Source: Octopus vulgaris
Taxonomy: Eukaryota
Direction: 5' to 3'
Assembly: GCA_951406725.2 (NCBI GenBank)
Contig: OX597819.1
Location: forward strand, 8,432,001 to 8,496,000
DNA: 64,000 nucleotides
Shown: in pieces, positions 57,178 through 64,000 of the stretch
Numbering within the stretch: the stretch's first letter is position 1
How the letters are laid out: the number at the start of each line of letters is the position of its first letter
Translations under genes and position numbers: made by a program
The notes under the pieces: model-generated
What the model saw: only the letters and a program-made list of their open reading frames with translations
The model's database searches: none
What the model was told of the DNA's origin: nothing

Positions 57178-57220
<43 letters not shown>

Positions 57221-57514
57221 ATATATATATATATATATATAAATATATATAACCAAGAAAAAAGCATATATGTGATTTAGCTGATGAATACGGGACATTT
57301 GTATTTGCTGCAATATTTACAGCTTCAAATAAAATTGCTCTTAGTATGAAACAATTGTACTAAACTACTAATCCATTCTTGTTGCTTTTTTTCTTGGTTA
57401 TAATGACCCCACATTATTTTATGGTTAATACCATAAAGAATTCTGCTGCATCTAAGTTAAGTACCATATTCATTGGAATTCATTGGAATTCACTTGAATC
57501 TTAATTGTTTTTGC

Positions 57515-57587
<73 letters not shown>

Positions 57588-58076
57588 CTGCATGTTTGTG
57601 ATTGCATAAGCGTGCATTCTCATGAATATATGTATGTATTTGTATGTGTGGTGCGCCCATAAGAGAGGATGATACGAAGTGCGTGTGTGAGTATGTATAT
57701 GTGTAGTGAGAGAGTGGGGTGGTACAAAAAAGAGAAACGACGGGGATGGTGGTCTATATAAGTAGTTCGATTCCCTGAACATATTTGATTAAACAGAATG
57801 TTAATATAGTAATTAGAATATATAATTTAAACAGGGCTGTTTAAAATGTATTTCTTCTCTTGAACCTGGGAGAGTTCCTCGGAATTTGGATGTTGTTTGT
57901 AGCCATCAAGGAGTATGAAGTCTGGGAATAATTTCCCAGTCGCAGAGCTTTTCAGATAAAATACATAAATGAATCTTTTGGCATTTATGTGTCTAACGTA
58001 CTTATTTTCCCTTCTCTCCCCCCACACCTCTCTCTCTTTCTTTCTTTCTCTCTCTCTCTTACTCCCGCTCTCTTAG

Positions 58077-58126
<50 letters not shown>

Positions 58127-58318
58127 AATATACACGTAGTGATAATTATTCATATTTTATATATATGCACATATAACAAATACATGTAAATTTACATGCA
58201 TCAATATACATAAATATACACATTCTATATATGAATATAAACAAATATTTACATACTCACACACAGAGATACAGAGATATATAAATATACACACACACAT
58301 ATATATATAGATGGATAT

Positions 58319-58415
<97 letters not shown>

Positions 58416-58465
58416 GAGAGAGATAAAGAGAGATAGATAAGTAGATAAATAGATATATAGATAAG

Positions 58466-58540
<75 letters not shown>

Positions 58541-59241
58541 AGTATGTATACATGGATACATACATAATTATATACATCTATATATACATATACAGACACA
58601 CATATAACTACATATATACTTATCTACAACATTAAATAAATGAGTAGGCCGTCAAATGGAAAGTAAAAAATTATCCTATTCAGGAATATTATTGATGTTT
58701 TATGGAGATGTTGTTCAAGATGGTAAAGTTCATGAAATTAGAAATTCACATACAGAGATGAATGTTGCATAATGGATCTTATGTCACTAAACTAATTACT
58801 ATTTGTAATCGGATCGCATAAATGTGTATATGTTTGTGTATGTGTATCTCTCTCTCTCCCTTTGTCTTTGTCTCTATGTCTGTATGATTCTCTCTCTCTC
58901 TCTCTGTCTCTCTCACTCTCTCCTCCCTTCATTCTCTCTATAAGTAAATAGGGATCGGCTTTCCTTTCACATTTTATATCTGACAAGAATCGAGACAAGT
59001 TCAATGCTCTTTTCCAGAATTTCTCCTATTTGTTTCGAACGATAGCGTTCCTAAATTCCTTAGTTCACTCATGTTTCAGAACCTTCACGGCCGCATTTTA
59101 AAAGTGACGGCGAATTGTTTATGCGGTTTTCAATAAGGTGGCAAATGATCTTGAGAATAATTCTAAAACTGATAAAATCATCAACGCTAGTCCCCAAATT
59201 TTATCGAGTCAAGTCCTGGTTAGTTTCAGGATATATTCTGC

Positions 59242-59361
<120 letters not shown>

Positions 59362-59383
59362 AATATATATATGTATGTATATA

Positions 59384-59419
<36 letters not shown>

Positions 59420-59712
59420 TGTATGTATGTATGTATGTATGTATGTATAAATATATATATGTGTGTGTGTGTATATATATATATATATAAATATTAAAAT
59501 TTCTAAGTCTCTCTAAAGGAGACTACGGCAGTGGTACTGGATATTAAAAGTTATTGCCAAGCTAATATGGCAGTCTAGGTATATAGTACGAATGCTGCCG
59601 TTGATTAGCTCCAACAGACCATCGCCTCCAGCTAGCTATGTGACACACGAACCTGTGTTCATTATAACTTTCCAACAGAGGAGGGTAGCCGCTTCTCCTT
59701 ACTGGTCAGGCA

Positions 59713-59755
59713 TCTACAGACTAGTTTCAGGGTATTTGCCCTTTATCAATGCAGA
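59713..59755 (-). ncRNA. Type I hammerhead ribozyme, U3-A8 core variant
   Basis: TCTGCA-TTGATAA-AGGG[CAAATA]CCCT-GAA-ACTAGT-C-TGTAGA. Confidence 0.82.
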
Positions 59756-60010
59756 GCAGCCGAACCAAGCAGGCGTTGCTACTAACTGTCTGTTCGAAGA
59801 ATTATTTACCTAAATTCAGTGGAATACATCCACTGGTTTTCAAAAATAGAAATATCATTAATATCCAGTACTGCTGCCGTAGTCTCCTTTAGAGAGACTT
59901 ACAAGTTTTAATATTTCTATTTTTGTAAACCAGTTGATGTATTCCACTGAATTTAGGTAAATAATCCTTCGAACAGACGGTTAGTAGCAACGCATGCTTT
60001 GTTCGGCTGC

Positions 60011-60053
60011 TCTGCATTGATAAAGGGCAAATACCCTGAAACTAGTCTGCAGA
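60011..60053 (+). ncRNA. Type I hammerhead ribozyme, U3-A8 core variant
   Basis: TCTGCA-TTGATAA-AGGG[CAAATA]CCCT-GAA-ACTAGT-C-TGCAGA; stem I is perfect. Confidence 0.85.
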
Positions 60054-60218
60054 TACCTGACCAGCAGGAGGAAGCGGCTGACTTCCCCTATTCAAAGGTT
60101 ATAATGGATACAGGTTCGTGTGTCACATAGCTAGCTAGAAGTGATGACTTCTTGGAGCTAATCAACAGCAGCATTCGTCGTATATTCCTGGACTGCCATA
60201 TTAGCTTGGCGATAACTA

Positions 60219-60271
<53 letters not shown>

Positions 60272-60480
60272 TCCCAAGAATGCGTATTGCACATACTGGT
60301 ATCACATATCGAAGAAAGAGATGGATACCAACGTACCGTGTAGAGGGATAAATAATTGCTGAGAATTCTCGGCATTGAGCCAATGGTAAGTTTTGTTGAT
60401 CCACAAAGAGAAACATATACACGCATATGTATATGTATACTACACTTTGATCTCAGTCAAAAGGCTAGGCTCTGTGTGTG

Positions 60481-60512
<32 letters not shown>

Positions 60513-60534
60513 TGTATGTATGTATGTATGTATG

Positions 60535-60592
<58 letters not shown>

Positions 60593-61050
60593 CTGCTCGC
60601 TTAGCCAGTGGGGAGTATGCTTTTTGCTACTGTCAATAATACCAGTTAACATTACATAGAGACAATAATTATAATTTTACTATTTGTCAAATGTCATATT
60701 GCTTATACAAAATAATGAGATAGATATGAATTTTGTAAAAATAGAAATATTTATTGAATTCAAATTAAATAAATTTGACTAATTTCACATTTGTGTATTT
60801 CCAATAAATATGTTACCATCAACAATAATATTGTTTAGATAACAAATGACTGCAGATATAACATATTGTGTTACTTCATATCCAATAGCGTGACCAATCA
60901 ACCAACAATAAGCATTATTAGTATTGATGATGATTGATATTTAATATAATGTCTCCACTCTCTTCAAACACAATCGCACGCGCACATACACAGACATCCT
61001 TTGACACGCAAGTATTTATTTATATGTAAGTCTGTTTAGCATTTATGATG

Positions 61051-61051
<1 letters not shown>

Positions 61052-61112
<61 letters not shown>

Positions 61113-61133
61113 GTCTGTCTATCTATCTGTCTG

Positions 61134-61189
<56 letters not shown>

Positions 61190-61190
61190 C

Positions 61191-61288
<98 letters not shown>

Positions 61289-61289
61289 G

Positions 61290-61342
<53 letters not shown>

Positions 61343-61343
61343 C

Positions 61344-61398
<55 letters not shown>
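61052..61398. repeat. (CTAT)n microsatellite
   Basis: Directly visible; similar tracts at 24661-24780, 55299-55364 and 58320-58538. Confidence 0.96.
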
Positions 61399-61399
<1 letters not shown>

Positions 61400-61539
61400 A
61401 ATTGTATAAACAGGGTTGGCCAAAAGTCACCTGACAGTAAATCAAAACCATTTAATTCCAAGATATATTTATATTTAACAACTGAATGAATATAATAAAA
61501 GCATCTAAATATGAAACATGATGAAAATTGTTGAAACTG

Positions 61540-62650
61540 TAGTCAACCTCTATTCTAATATCCCCCACAACTTAGGAATAGAGGCAATTCAACTCTGGCT
61601 AAAGAATTACTCCACTGAACTCCTACACCGCTTCATAAAAGAATTCGTAATAGGAGGGCGAGAAAAACTTCTTTATTTGCAAAGACAACTTCTACCGACA
61701 AAAATCGTGGACTACGATAGGTACGAGAATGGCCCCCTCCTTTGCTAACCTAGTCATGGATATCTAGAAATTAGTCTTTAACATAAGGTACTAGAAAAAT
61801 ACGACAACCTATTCCCCCTTTACATAGAAAATAACTGGAAGAGGTATCTGGATGACTGATTCATTCTTTGGTATGAAAGTATAGAGAGACTTAAAGAATA
61901 TCAAGCACTTGATATAAGAATTCAATTTACGATGGAATATAGCTATCAACAACTTCCATTTCTCGACATTCTCATTAAGAAATGCAACAACAAAATAGAA
62001 ATAGCTATTTACGATAAGCTCACGTTTAACTCATGCCACTCCAGATGCACTAAAATGAATATCCCCTTCAACCTAGCAAAAAGGATTTGTACTATAGTTT
62101 TTAATACAAACACCAGGGGCACACCACTACATGAACTAAAGTATACACACATCATCAGGAACTACCCACCTTCCGTAATTGATATAGGCTTTCAAAGTGC
62201 CCTACAACTCAACATCCACGAACATCCCAAACTAAAGAGGGATTTACAACCAAAAGCTCTACCATACATCTCCACACACAACCCCCTTAACAATGAAGCC
62301 TTCGACACTATACTCCACAACATTCCTCTACTAAAAAGGACCACAGAATAATTTTAATCCTCCAAATACACTCCATCATGAAGAGCAAAAGACAACCCAA
62401 ATCTATGAATTGTCTCCTAACACAAGCACAAGTACGCTGAAGCCGTCAGTAAAAGATGCAGAAGAACTAACTGTGGTATATGCGTCAACGTAATTGAGGG
62501 ATCACAGCTCTCTTTCAAACAGGGTCAACGTTTTACAGTGAAAAACAACTTCACGTGCTTTGGAAAACCTGATATATGTATTAACTTGCTCAGAGTATCG
62601 AGAGCAATACATAGGCCAAACCAAAAGCAGTTCAGTCCAAAAGATGACTC
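61540..62650 (+). pseudogene. Decayed Penelope-like element ORF: reverse transcriptase + GIY-YIG endonuclease
   Basis: [99 protein letters not shown]; stops and frameshifts. Confidence 0.92.
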
Positions 62651-62659
62651 TTCATACAT

Positions 62660-62761
<102 letters not shown>

Positions 62762-62903
62762 GTATGTATTTATGTTTTGATTAATAATAATATACATATG
62801 TATATTATTAATTTAATGTATAAATTGCCTATAACTTGTTGTAGCATGCTACTACCTGATAAAAATCATTAATGTGATTTTTATCCTTATATTCTATTAT
62901 GAA

Positions 62904-62958
<55 letters not shown>

Positions 62959-63239
62959 ACTTGAGCATCAAGTAATGTGTGGTTAGGTCTGTGCATATTG
63001 TTTTATGTGTGCATGTGTGTGGAGAAAGAAAGAAATAGAGAGAAAATATTGTCATTCAGTTGGGAGATACTTGAATTAGAGCTGTTACTAGAATCACCAC
63101 ACCCACCACCATCACTACTACCACTACTGCTGCTACCGCTGCCGCTGCTGCTACCGCTGCCGCTGCTGCTACTGCTATTATTAATATATCTAGAACCCAG
63201 AAATTTGGGGAAAATGACAGATGGCTTCACGAAAATCAC

Positions 63240-63465
63240 CACTATATTGGTTTCAAATCTTTGGCACAAGGCGAGCAATTTCAAGAGAGGGGTAGGTCGA
63301 TTATATCGATACCCTGTACTCATCTAGTACTTAATTTATCGACTCTGAAAGATGAAAGGCAAAGTCTACCGCGGCGGAATTTCAACTCAGGGCATAAAAA
63401 TACGAAATATTGCTAAGCATTTTGCCCGGCTTACTAAAGATGTTGCTAGCATGCCGCCTCGCTTC
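63240..63465 (-). mobile_element. SINE family C (diverged)
   Basis: AGATGAAAGGCAAAGTCTACCGCGGCGGAATTT core on the + strand. Confidence 0.75.
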
Positions 63466-64000
63466 TACTATTTTTATTAATCAGTGGATTTTGCATGCTT
63501 TCATGCTTGATTTTGTAAATACCTGCGATATATTGTATTTAATTAGACACTGACCTCGCACTTACGGAAACTGATCTCTTAAATTTACAGAAGCACGCTT
63601 ATGTCTAAGAGCGTTGGGTGGAGTCGTTTAAATCGAAAGCAGTATAAAATTGGTATATATTTTTCTCGATCACAGCGGATTGCGATCACACTTCATAATA
63701 GCGTTTTTGAAGTCAGAGTATGATTACACACACATATGCATGTATATACCGCTAATATGCAACATACACACACACAAACACACACACAACACATATTAAA
63801 TATTATACATTATAAATGTAGTGATTAGGGTATTCGGCTCACGGTCACAATGTCGTATGTCGACTTACTGGACAGAACGGCGCGATCTAATCACATCGGA
63901 TGATTTAGGAACTAATTAATTATATGAATTTTAATTATTTTTCTGAAGTTATTTTGTCTGTAATAGTGATTATATGTGTCTGTTATTCGCTATTTTTAAC

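Larger units (their letters stand above)
59489..60225. mobile_element. Two inverted, differently permuted 361-nt monomers of the retrozyme-like family, in (TA)n
   Basis: Monomer 1 is 59489-59855 (AAATAT repeated at a 361 interval); monomer 2 is 59857-60225, inverted (ATTAATAT repeated at a 361 interval). Confidence 0.87.

Overview
AT-rich, microsatellite-saturated animal genomic DNA. The SINE set and (TA)n/(CATA)n/(TAA)n density suggest an octopus or other cephalopod, which is an inference. I can support no intact host gene: almost all listed ORFs are translations of simple repeats or antisense SINEs. The window is mostly decayed mobile elements: several tRNA-derived SINE families, R4/Dong-type (RLE) LINE remnants, RTE-type fragments, a decayed Penelope-like element (RT + GIY-YIG), a truncated Tc1, two non-autonomous Helitrons and a hAT MITE. 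The most interesting signal is a set of small non-coding retroelements carrying minimal type I hammerhead ribozymes. (i) A ~361-362 nt retrozyme-like family has a compensated U3-A8 core and covarying stems; it occurs as a 1.5-mer whose 5' end falls within 2 nt of the predicted self-cleavage site and as two differently permuted unit-length monomers, all in (TA)n. (ii) A tRNA-headed (Pol III) SINE-like element has a hammerhead in its tail and is inserted as an inverted pair with a 13-bp TSD. (iii) A further hammerhead-bearing fragment sits at 31.3 kb. Together these suggest ribozyme-processed, possibly circular, RNAs mobilised by Penelope-like elements.
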